A stretch of DNA of 63,385 nucleotides, filler included, from Licmophora abbreviata (Eukaryota), in assembly GCA_900291995.1 (NCBI GenBank). It is 7 parts of 7 records of this genome, joined end to end, with 100 filler letters (N's around TTAATTAATTAA, not from the genome) between each part and the next. Parts side by side here need not be neighbours in the genome. Positions count along the whole stretch, not along the records: positions 1 to 1,543 come from OLMU01002979.1; positions 1,644 to 4,769 come from OLMU01002981.1; positions 4,870 to 20,163 come from OLMU01002982.1; 4 more parts are not named here. One strand, 5' to 3'. Shown here in pieces: positions 1-11,997 of the stretch (within the stretch, counting starts at the first letter, position 1; the number at the start of each line of letters is the position of its first letter). The notes under the pieces were generated by a model that ran no database searches, had not been told where the DNA came from, and saw only the letters and a program-made list of their open reading frames with translations. Position numbers and translations under genes: made by a program.

Positions 1-446
1 ATATACTTGGTCATGGTGGTGGGATCAGATATATGATATCTCAATCGTATTTGGGGTTCGCAATTTTTTGTGAATGGGCCGATTTTGTGAGGCCAGATTT
101 GCGAGCGCTTGACATGCTGGCGGGGAAGAATTTCTTCGAAGTGTCAATACGTACGTTTTGTACTGAGCTCTACCTCCATCAAAGTGAGAGAGCAGTCGAA
201 AGAGTCGAATGAATCCCAATTGTGCGATGTGTTGGACAGACGGGCGCGCGTTCCATTGCCATTCGGCCAGTGATGGCCCGCGTGCGATGGACGACGACAC
301 GACGACAGCAAATCTGTTTTTCTATCAACAAGGGTCGACGAACTGAAACAACGACTGAAGATCGTCGCAGACTTTCGTTTGACAGAAATCTACGCATAAG
401 AGTGGTCTAACTTTCTCTTAATCTTTTGAATACCAGTAGATCAGAG

Positions 447-1493
447 ATGAAAACCAGCTGCATGAATAAGTCGCGGCGCCTTTGGGTGGCACTCATCGTT
501 GTCCCCTCGTGTTTTGGGTTCACCTTACTTCTCGATAGTGCTCGGCACTCATCGTTGAGAAAATCTGCTTTATCCGAGTTTCAGGAGTCGAGGCTATTTC
601 ACTTTGGGCAAGCTGCTCCACCGACGACGACAAGAACGTCCCTTTCGATGGCGCTCACCCCGACTGGCCCGTTCTGCCCGTTTCGATCATCTGCTGCCCT
701 CGAGATGGAGCCTAAAATGGAGTTTCTAAATAAAGCAAAGCCCGAATTCGCAACCGAAATGGCAAAAGTTCAGCTGGATATGCAGATGGGCAACACACCA
801 GACCCTGAAAGGCTGCGAAAGGTTGCCGACGGCATGGACCATGCCGTCGACCAATGGGAGTCTCTCATGACACGACTGCGCCTGAGTCGAGACTTTCAGA
901 CCCGTGAGTATGCCAAGCTCACACAAGCTCATTTGGAAACACATGGTGTATCACAGGACAGTATAGCCAAAATGATGCGGTGGCAGAGTGGTTGCATGCG
1001 GGCGCTTGCGCAGAATACGCCGCCACCGATGCCACCGCCCGACTTGGACCTTATGGCCATGATGAAGCAAAGTGAGGCTTCGTCTGAACGAAAACCACCA
1101 TCGATGACAGCTATGACGAGTGCAGAGAAAATTACAGCAAACCCGTTCACGGGAGAAGAAGATGTGTTTGAATCGGAGACTGTGAAAGAGGAGTACGAGG
1201 CACTATGTCGCGACCACGAGAAGCTCATTGAAATGGGGGCATCGTATGCTGAATTTGACGCTGTTGGAAAAATTGTATACCTCGATGAAATTGACAAGAT
1301 CCAGGAGCGATGGGATGTGTTCTTTGCGCGTTTCAAATTACTGGGAAAGATGAACGATGACTTTGTCCGGCAGTGCAACGACTTTCTTGCCAGCATGGGA
1401 ATGACCGAAGAAGACTACAGCCGGCTATTGAAGAAGACTCATCAGATTATGCGAGACGATGCCGAGAAGGAGCGCAACGCAATATCATACTAG
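447..1493 (+). CDS. Putative plastid-targeted protein with two DUF1825-like (cyanobacterial-type) helical domains
   Basis: Intact ORF (ATG at 447 or 462). Hydrophobic signal-like stretch LWVALIVVPSCFG followed by F and a Ser/Thr-rich transit-like region. C-terminal FESETVKEEYEALCRDHEKLIEMGASYAEFDAVGKIVYLDEIDKIQERWDVFFARFKL resembles the DUF1825 consensus as recalled. Confidence 0.65.
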   Translation: MKTSCMNKSRRLWVALIVVPSCFGFTLLLDSARHSSLRKSALSEFQESRLFHFGQAAPPTTTRTSLSMALTPTGPFCPFRSSAALEMEPKMEFLNKAKPEFATEMAKVQLDMQMGNTPDPERLRKVADGMDHAVDQWESLMTRLRLSRDFQTREYAKLTQAHLETHGVSQDSIAKMMRWQSGCMRALAQNTPPPMPPPDLDLMAMMKQSEASSERKPPSMTAMTSAEKITANPFTGEEDVFESETVKEEYEALCRDHEKLIEMGASYAEFDAVGKIVYLDEIDKIQERWDVFFARFKLLGKMNDDFVRQCNDFLASMGMTEEDYSRLLKKTHQIMRDDAEKERNAISY

Positions 1494-1543
1494 GAAGAAT
1501 CATTGGTTGACGATAGTCTACGCTCGATTTGGTCAGCTAGATC

Positions 1544-1643
1544 NNNNNNNNNNNNNNNNNNNNNNNNNNNNNNNNNNNNNNNNNNNNTTAATTAATTAAN
1601 NNNNNNNNNNNNNNNNNNNNNNNNNNNNNNNNNNNNNNNNNNN
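1544..1643. other. Artificial scaffold linker / assembly gap
   Basis: 44 N + TTAATTAATTAA (stops in all six frames) + 44 N; identical at six places in the window. Confidence 0.98.
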
Positions 1644-3077
<1,434 letters not shown>

Positions 3078-3569
3078 TTAGTCTAGTAGATATACACTTG
3101 AATAGCTTACTATCTACCTGAACTACCTATACTCGAGGTGGTCTCCTTGTCATGAAGGCAATTCAATTGACGCTGCGTTATTTAGGATGTACGAGGGTCT
3201 AGTCGATAACCCTATTAGTTGTCATTCAAAGTACCTGTGCAAGCCATTTCGATGCGATGACCAAACCGATGGATACCCGCGGCATGTTGAAGTTTGATAT
3301 TCAGTATCATTGATCGACACGACTCACACGTACGCGAGCGAATGAGCATAATTCATTCACTTCTATGCATATCTGATTAGGTTTGAATGATCACGAATCT
3401 TCTTTGTTCCGCTTGGCGCGCCACGCCAGTTTTTTCGCGATGACGATTGACTATTTCTGCGCCGATGAGTCGAGACGAGAGAAAACTGTGATGTCGACGC
3501 TTTTCTTCAATTCTCTTCACTCCTCATCGCCCAAGACATTTCTCCGCATTCCAAACTGCACAAACGGCC

Positions 3570-5307
3570 ATGACGAATCTACGATCAGGTCGTCGAAGAC
3601 TCACAGTGGCTACGGTCGCTCTTGGGGCGTCGGTGTGTTCCAGAGACCTCAATAACTTCGGCGCCACTGCTTTCTCCACGCCCATCACTTTTGGAAGATC
3701 GGCAAGTGTCACAAGGAACTCTGTAGGTTTACCGGTAGTACACCGCATGTCCTCTGTGACTCCAGAAGAGCAAGAATCTCTGGGCGTAGTCAGTGAAGCA
3801 CCGTCACCTTTACCTGCATCAACCGACGACAAACAGAATGACGTACTTTCCTTTCTGATCGAAAAGATGGGAACCGTCGAAGACGATCGAATCATTCACC
3901 CCGAACTTTCGACAGGCGAAGTACCTCGCTTGTTCAGCTCACTCGAATACAACAAGTGCGAACAGGGCACAGTACAGTCAGCCGTCCACGCGGCGGGGTC
4001 CACACTCGGCGCCGCTGCCTTGGTCGCGGGCACCACTGTCGGTGCCGGAGTCTTGGCGCTCCCTTCGGCCACCGCCGCAGCCGGATTCCTTCCCTCGTCT
4101 GCGGCACTCGTGCTCGCATGGGGGTACATGACGGTATCAGGACTGCTCGTGGCGGAGCTGTCACTCAATCGAATTGCAGAGACGGGACGCGTCGGATCGG
4201 GCATTTTGGACTTGTATGAAAGTAGTCTCGGGAAGGGACTGGGCACCGTCGGTTCGGCTGCTTACTTTTTCCTCCACTACGCTGTCATGGTGGCGTATGT
4301 AGCACAAGGTGGAGTCAATCTCGATGGATTCTTGACGAGCGTCGGGCTAGACTCAGTGGCGGCCATTCCTGGCATTGGGCAGGCGCTTTTTGCAGGAGTG
4401 GGAGCTTCGGCCTTGTTCTTTTCCAAGCCGGCTTTCGTGGAAAAGATCAACAATGTCATGGTGCTCGGTGTCGTGGCTACATTTCTAGGGATCGTGGGAC
4501 TAGGCGCGGGCAGTGCCGATTGGTCGCAGTTGATCAACCCGGCGAATCAACATCCGGAGAGTGTCGTCGATGCCTTTCCCATCTTATTTTTAGCCCTGGT
4601 CTTTCAAAACGTCGTCCCCACGGTCGTAACGCAGCTCGAAGGAGACCGCAACAAAATCATCACTGCGATTGTCTCCGGTACGACTGTGCCAATGCTCATG
4701 TTTCTCGCGTGGAACGGAGTCATACTGGGTAACTTGCTGGCTGCTGACCCGTCTGCCATGGCGAGCGGCNNNNNNNNNNNNNNNNNNNNNNNNNNNNNNN
4801 NNNNNNNNNNNNNTTAATTAATTAANNNNNNNNNNNNNNNNNNNNNNNNNNNNNNNNNNNNNNNNNNNNGGACTGGTCAGCACCTTTTCATCACTGGCAC
4901 TAGTAACGTCGCTCATTGGCTTCGTGTATGGCCTCCTCGACGCGCTGACAGATGTGACGGGCCTTCCCGCGGAAGGGCCACGATTCGAAAAGTGGAAGCC
5001 GGCGTTGTTTGCCGCCGTCTTTGGTCCCCCGCTTGCCATGTCGGTGGCCGATCCTGATATTTTTTACAACGCGCTGGACTATGGAGGCGCTTTCGGTGTG
5101 AGCACGTTGTTCCTGGTGCTGCCTCCCATCATGGTATGGAAGGAACGATACGGTGAGGACAAATCGCCACTTGCCACGAAACCCATGGTGCCCTTCGGCA
5201 AGATTCCTCTCGGGAGTCTCTGGAAGGCTGCGGGAACGTTGATTGTCGAGCAAGGAGCCGAGAAACTCGGTGTGTTTGAGTATGTGCAGGAGCACTTGAA
5301 ATTATGA
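3570..5307 (+). CDS. Aromatic amino-acid (tyrosine/tryptophan) permease, TyrP/HAAAP family, probably plastid-targeted; interrupted by gap 4770-4869
   Basis: GAAALVAGTTVGAGVLALP family motif, FQNVVP motif, many TM helices. Reading continues after the gap (GLVSTFSSLALVTSLIGFVYGL...ALDYGGAFGV). N-terminal signal plus ATA-FST cleavage-like site. Confidence 0.88.
4770..4869. other. Artificial scaffold linker / assembly gap inside the permease gene
   Basis: N44-TTAATTAATTAA-N44. Confidence 0.98.
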
Positions 5308-5558
5308 GCTAGTCTCATCATGCGTGGCTCTTGTTCTTCATTTGAACGATGCGTTCGTATGGATAAAACAACTAAAAAATAGAATAGTACAAACATGAAA
5401 CCAAAGCTAGTTTCGTCATTCGAAAACTAGAGAGAGAGTGGAAAGGGAATTTCAAGATAGAACTAATAAGACAAAATGAATAATGGTTTGTGCAAGCACA
5501 AGGTTAAGGTGGCAGCAGAGGAAGTTTGGTTATCTCACTGGAACGACCGGATTGCGTT

Positions 5559-8500
5559 TTATACCAGTTGATGCCGGTGGTCGATGTCATCGTCTTGGGG
5601 TTGTGTAAATCTCATGTCCATATTTCCAACATTAGCTCCGGATAATCCTGAAACTAGCGACCCCGTATCTCCAGAAGGTTGTACCTTCATACCACGCGCT
5701 GACTTGGTAGACCTGCCTCTATTTTTCGACTGTCGACTAGTTTTGGACTTGTCGGTCCGAGATTTAGACTTGGATCGATGACGACTGATGCGTCCGCTTC
5801 TGGCATCGAGCAGCGCTTCGCTCTTGTCGCCGCCCTTCTTCTTCCGCCTACCCCGTTTCCTTCGCTTGCGATCCAAGTCGCGGAAGAAGAATCCAAGATA
5901 GCTCTCGCCCCGTCTCTTCTTCCGTCGAGCCCGTGACAAGAAGATTGACGTAAAAAGTGTGATCGCCATGAATATAACCAACATTACTGAGAACTGACCA
6001 ACGGACCCCAGGGCGTCCCAAGCAACGGCGGAGGCCTTTGGTTTATATCGCTTGCGGAAACACTTGTCCAGATGAAAGTTGTGCGGTTCGTCGCAGCCTC
6101 CCTTCCATGTTGGCGCGGGCGAGAATGTCGGTGGCATGGAGGCTCCATTGTACTCGACCCAGGACCCACCGAGATCCGGTTTGAAGACTTCGTACAAATC
6201 GTAGCGATTGAGAAATAGACCGAGACAACCGCCATCGGGGCAAAAGTTGTTGGTGCCGACCGCAACCCCCGACGGGTACAGTGAGCGCCAGTAGTCGACG
6301 TAGTTGTTGCAGCGCGCGAGGTACGAAGCGGCGTAGTCTTCCGACTGGAAGCGTGGACTGTATGCAATGGTCATTTGAGGACAAAATCCACCCACCGTGC
6401 CACTGGCGATATTATCGGGGGTGCATCCATACGATCCACGATCGCCGGCAGAGTGCATGGCACAGTTGGAGTAGACTCCCAGGTTGTTGGACGGCGAATC
6501 GTAGTTCCAAGATATGCCAAGCTCTTTGCAGAGACTATCGTACAGATAAGCGAGCGCCGACGACGGGTCGGCTTCGAATTGAAGCTTGACGTGACCATTG
6601 CCATCTACGTAGACAAAGGCAGGCTTTATGTACAGCTTTCCAAAGTCAACATTGTTGGCGACTTTGATAAGATTCGAAAGAGCCATACCGCCCTGGGGTT
6701 GCGAAAAGAGGCAGAGTTGGAGTGAAAAATTGAGATTCTGCATCTCATCAACACCACGAGGAAGAACGACATTTCCATTAAAGAGACACGTTCACAATAC
6801 ATACCAAGTTCGCGTTGGTTGTTCCTGCGTAAAAGATAGGAATATGCGCCGTGTCCTTGTCAACAATGGATCCGACCGAGTTTCCAATCTCTTCTCCGAC
6901 AAGCCAACCGTGGTTGGTTCCAAACGATGAAATGTAGGTATTGTTACGGTCAACCAGATACTCAAAGTCGAACTGCTCTTGAAAGGTAGTCGTACTCTGT
7001 AGCTTGGAGGAGGAGGTTCGCGCCAGCGGAATGCCGAAGAACGTCTCTCCTTCTTGTAGGCAATTCGGAGGCAAATCCCATCCGTCCGTCATGTCGTGGA
7101 AGGCCATGTCAGCGTGCCAAGCGTAGGAATTGTGTTCATAGGAGCTTCCTCCGTCGCCAGATCCCCCGTAGTCGAAACTAATGGATGTTGTGGATGAGTA
7201 GTAGGATGAAATGTCAGTCTGGTCTGTCAAGGTGGCGTAGTACGCTTCGTCGTCTGTGAGTTCGCGGTAGGGAGAGAAGGCCTTGGTGATGTTGGCACGG
7301 TCGAAGAAGAAGTAGAGATTGCCGTATCCGACATATTGAGAACGACTGTTGTGACCAGGAGGAAAGGCAGCATAGCCAGAGGATCCAATAACTACACCGC
7401 TGGGATACATGGCTTGCCAAACGGCCACTTCCAAGTTGGAATTGTACGCGTACTGCTCCTCATGAGAGGACGACCAAAACTTGACCCCACGCGCCATGGA
7501 GACGTGAGGGTCCGTGTCGTGGTCGTCCATGCAAGGTCCACCACCGACAGCGTACATGGCGTCAAACAAATCCTCGAGGAACTGTTCGTACTCTGAATAG
7601 GATGCGTCATTGTCGTAAGTTTCGACAATGGAGACAATGAATGTAATGTCCGTCGAAGGGACGTCGCCACTGCCGTCGTCGCCTGAGTTGTGGCCACCAC
7701 CTACTTTCAAGTATTCGGGATAAATGCTGAGCGGTGGAAACGAGATGGACTCCATGGCAGAGTAAACTTGTCCAATGGATGTACCGCTGTGTCGAGAGAG
7801 TGGAGATGTGAGGGCAAGACGGCGTGGAGGGTGAGTGAGTAAGAATTGTCATTGAATGTTCGTCATGATGACGATTGTTGCTGATGAACTCTGAACTATT
7901 GACAGACTTACCCCGAGTTTGGATCGAGATTGCCGATACGCAAGAGTTCAGTGTGAGATGAGTCAATGTAGGGCATTTTGCCTGAGTAATCAAAGGTCTT
8001 GTATCCTCCACCGACAAGCCACCCGTCCTCGTCCATACTCATAACGTAGTCATAGTCTCTGTCGATGACGTTTTCCATGAAGAACTGATCGCAGAGCTGA
8101 TAGGAGTATGGATTTCCACTGTCCGTCGATACAGAAAATGAAATGCCAATGAAGGAAAGACCATCGTGCTCGCAGTCGCTGTCGCCATCATCATGGGAAG
8201 GTGTCTCGCCACTCTGACAGTCTTGTCCGTACATGTAGCAGAGATCCTCCGCACTGTAGCTCTGGTAGTCATAGCAGCAACCCGAGAGCTGAGAAGAAAG
8301 TTTGCGGTCCAAGAGCGACTCCTCTGGCTTTCCGCGGAGCATCTGAACGTCCCCCTCGTGTCTCCCGCCATGTGCACCGTCGACTTGAGTCTCTGACGAG
8401 GGTTGCTGTCGCTTGTGAATCGTCTTTTGCGTTGCAGGTCGAGTCTTCTCTTTGTCTTCTTCCAGTCTCTGCGCTACTTGTTCCTCCACATCCGCTCGCT

Positions 8501-8753
8501 GGGATCGATACGAGGGACCCTCTATCGGCCGTCCATTGTCGTGAAATCGGCCCGCTGTCTTGCCCGCGGTCTGCCTCGCCTGAACAATTCTCGAGCGATC
8601 TGCCAGTTTCCCAGTCGCTGTGCTTGTCAGACAGCAAACTGCCAGTGTGACTATCAGAGACGCTTGTCTCATTCTCCTCCTCGTCGTCGTCGTGGCTTGA
8701 TTGCGTTGCAGCAGCATTGGAGAGGCCGTCGTCCTTGTCACACCCATTCTCAT
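5559..8753 (-). CDS. Uncharacterised ~985-aa type-I membrane protein (signal peptide, RXL motif, two internal repeats with 2H-phosphoesterase-like motifs, TM helix, basic tail); exons 8753-7912, 7786-6805, 6692-5559
   Basis: Three minus-strand ORFs join in frame through GT-AG introns 7911-7787 (GTAAGT..ACAG) and 6804-6693 (GTATGT..CCAG). Signal-like SLIVTLAVCCLTSTATG; TM FSVMLVIFMAITLFTSIFL; R/K/S-rich C-tail. Confidence 0.85.
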
Positions 8754-9220
8754 CGTGGCGTTCGGCGGACTGTGGGATCGTGGCTCATCTCGTGTCTTGT
8801 TCCTCGAGGATTCGTGTGTGGCGAGCGACGTATACTAGGGCCGGTCCTGCGCGCGCGTGCCATCTTTCTCTTCCTTAATGAGTCCGTTGAATCCTACTGA
8901 ATGGCAATGCCGGATCTTCAGTTCAAATATACTAATCGATCCTCGTGAATGTACAGAGTTATTTTAAGTATGTACTTTGTCCTACAGTGTACATACTTCC
9001 GGAGCTCGGAGCTCGTGAGAATGCCATGGTCTAAATAGTCTGGCCGGCTCACCAGTCGCATTTTCAGTTTGCGCGGCCGCTCGTTTCTCGAATGTCGTCA
9101 TCAAAATTCATCGCGGGCCGCCGCATTGAATGTATCATATTGTCCGACCTTTCTCTTCCATATCGTGCCTGCTGCTAGTGTTTGACTGCTCTACGTCATA
9201 TACACTTTGTCTTTGCCATC

Positions 9221-11667
9221 ATGCCGACTGCAAGAAAGAGAAAGGGCCCACCAGAAGAAGAGAATGGCGACGACGAGCTCCTCGCCTCGTCCATGAGTGC
9301 CAAGGCCCGACTCCGTCGAGGTATGATGCTTCGTTCCGGACGCAAGAAACGTCGACGTTCGCGAGACACGACGGGACTCACTCCAGAAGAAGAAGAAGAA
9401 CTCAAGAAGAGCCGAAGGAAGAATAAAACGAACAACTCCAAGGAAGAGGCAGAGGGAACTGCAGAGAAAGGCGAAGCAGCAGCCATGGAACAAGACAGTG
9501 ACGAGGAGCAAGAGTCCGATCAGGAACAAGAGTCCGATCAAGAAATGGAGGATGCGACTGTCGTAGTACAGGACGATGATCAAAAGCTTCCTGCTGCTAC
9601 TGCTACTGCTGCGGATACCACCACGGACACCGACACCATGCAACCCCAAGCAGCCGCCGCCACGAAGCCTCAAACCAATGGCCAACAGGACAAGCCATTC
9701 CGGAGTTTAAAGATCCCCAAAACCGATGCCGCCAAAAGGAGAGGGCCGCAGGTGGCTCCCTCTGGAACTCGTATTGGGACTCGTCAACTCTTTCCCACCA
9801 CGCCTGGAACACTGCGCGGCGATGAAGAAAAGAAGGGTGAAGAAAAAGAGGAACACCCAATACAACACGAACAGCCTGCTCCCATCGTTGTGACCACTCA
9901 CGAGACGCTAGTGGAGTCTTCCCAAGCCGAGCGCCACACTGAAGAGCTAAAGGAAATCTTGGCAGAAGGAAGTGTCTTACCAGACGATGAGCAGGTGCAA
10001 GTGTCATGGACGACTCGGTTGTATCAGTCGGCATCGGAAAGTTGTCTCTACGCACTGTCGACCATTCGAGAAGTTTCCACATCCTTGATTGTGCCGCGAC
10101 ACGACGAGGAAGGGGAAGACGATGAGGAAGTAGACGAGAAGCTGGCTGACGGGACTCGCTGGATGCCTCGATCGACGTTCTGGGTGCGATTCGATGTCTG
10201 GTTTGTTGTATTCATGATGTTGCAGCTATGTGTCTGGAACATTGTTACGGTTCCTGTCTTTACGGCCGTGGAAGAAACGTCGCGGGACTTCTACAAGACA
10301 TTCATGAGACCGAGTGAGGATAATCCGCCGGTTAAATCCGCACCAGGGGTTCTGACGACGCGTTCCGAGTCGGTAGATACGAATGCGTCCCGTGAGTTGC
10401 TTCACTCGTCCAACTTGAGACTCTCGGCCGTCGTTCGAACGCAAAATGATCTCAGCGAAAAGCTTTTGAGCGTGGAGAATTCACTGCAGGAGCGAGACAG
10501 AGAGTTGGCAGAATGGGAGGAAACGCTGGCAGAGACGGAACGGTCGTTGCAAGCACTGCGGTCCATATTGAGGACTTCGACGGACTTGGATGAGGATGAC
10601 ATCGGCGACGCCCTTGATCTTATCGAAGATCTGGATGAAGTTTCAACGGTTCAGGTCAAGACCAGTCTCATCGACATGTCCCCCATATCGTTCCCCGAAG
10701 CGCCTTCACCCTCGTCGGAAAGTTGCACGGTCGTTCACCATGCGGATGATGATGCACTGCTGACGCTTGACGCTCTCGCGGAACAAGAGTCGTCCTTTCG
10801 CGAACTAGCGACAACATCCACTGCCAAATTTGTTTCTGATCCGGACGTGACGGGGGCTCTTCGTGCGCTAGCTCGAGAGAAGGTACGAGAAGCGATGAAA
10901 CGCGTCCAAGATTCAGATGATGGCGAGCCTATTCTCGGTGGTCTCTCTGAGGAGGACGTTCTAGAGGCGATTGTTACTCGCATCGAACTGGAACGCGCCG
11001 ATCGGACTGGAGTTGCTGACTACGCAGCATTGCCGGCTGGTGCATCCGTTATTCGCTCAGGACCTAGAGCAACAACACCGTCTCTTGTGGAGACACTACC
11101 ACTACTGAATCGTTGGCTGCATCGTGTTGGTCTTCGGTTCTACGGGCACGGCCCAGACGCCGCGCTGACACCCACCAATCCCGCGGAGGCTCTTGGACAA
11201 TGCTGGTCGTTCAAGAGTATGCCCGCTGAAGATGCCAGTGGTGTTGGGTCCATCGCTACGCTATCTGTCCGCTTGGCAGAATCTACTCAGGTCGATGGTA
11301 TTGTGGTCGAGCATGCTTCTAGAGGTCGGACAGACCAGGCCCAAAGCGCAGTCCGGAAGTTTCGAGTCTTTGGATACGTGGATGCCGACGCAGCCGGTGC
11401 TCCTATACCTTTGGGTGCCTTCCAATACGATATCGGTACGTTTTCCCTTGTGTCATGACGAGTCATGCATTCGTAGAGCGTCGTGCTGATTTCTATTTGT
11501 GTATTCTCGTGTGTCGCTGCGCAGAGTCCGATCAGTCTCTCCAAGCGTTTCCCGTGGCGTCGTCGAAAGCACCAAAAGTGCGAGCAGTGACGCTCGCAAT
11601 TGATTCGAACTGGGGACACCCGTATACCTGCTTGTATCGCTTTCGAGTCCACGGTAGCAATGGTTGA
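9221..11667 (+). CDS. SUN-domain (Sad1/UNC-84) inner nuclear membrane protein; exons 9221-11435, 11525-11667
   Basis: Basic NLS-rich N-terminus, one TM (VWFVVFMMLQLCVWNIV), coiled coil, then DYAA..GASVI, GQCWSF, VEH, SAVRKFRVFG, LGAFQYD|..SNWGHPYTCLYRFRVHG. Intron 11436-11524. Confidence 0.92.
9491..9544 (+). repeat. Coding 18-bp tandem repeat x3 (QDSDEE/QESDQE/QESDQE)
   Basis: caagacagtgacgaggag caagagtccgatcaggaa caagagtccgatcaagaa. Confidence 0.8.
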
Positions 11668-11812
11668 AGACCTGCGATTCCTTCCACCAACTGGAGCTAA
11701 AGGTCTACTGCACTGCCACTGGTGATCGGAGACGATCGCCGTCGACAAAGTAAACGTGCACGTCGAGCGACGAGCAACTTGTCTAACACTCTATTAGAGC
11801 TATGAGATCATG

Positions 11813-11839
11813 ATCGAATCGAATCGAATCGAATCGAAT
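11813..11839. repeat. (ATCGA)5 pentanucleotide microsatellite between convergent genes
   Basis: atcgaatcgaatcgaatcgaatcgaat read directly. Confidence 0.9.
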
Positions 11840-11997
11840 TTTTCGTTAAGCATCAGATCAACGTAAACTTCGATCGGACCAACTAACTATGTGCTCACGT
11901 GGCACAGTTACAATCAAACCCGTACGAGCAACAAGTCTGGTGGTACCAATAGTACGCGAAACCTTTACTAGTGATAGCGCCCGGTCTCTGGCGTCAG

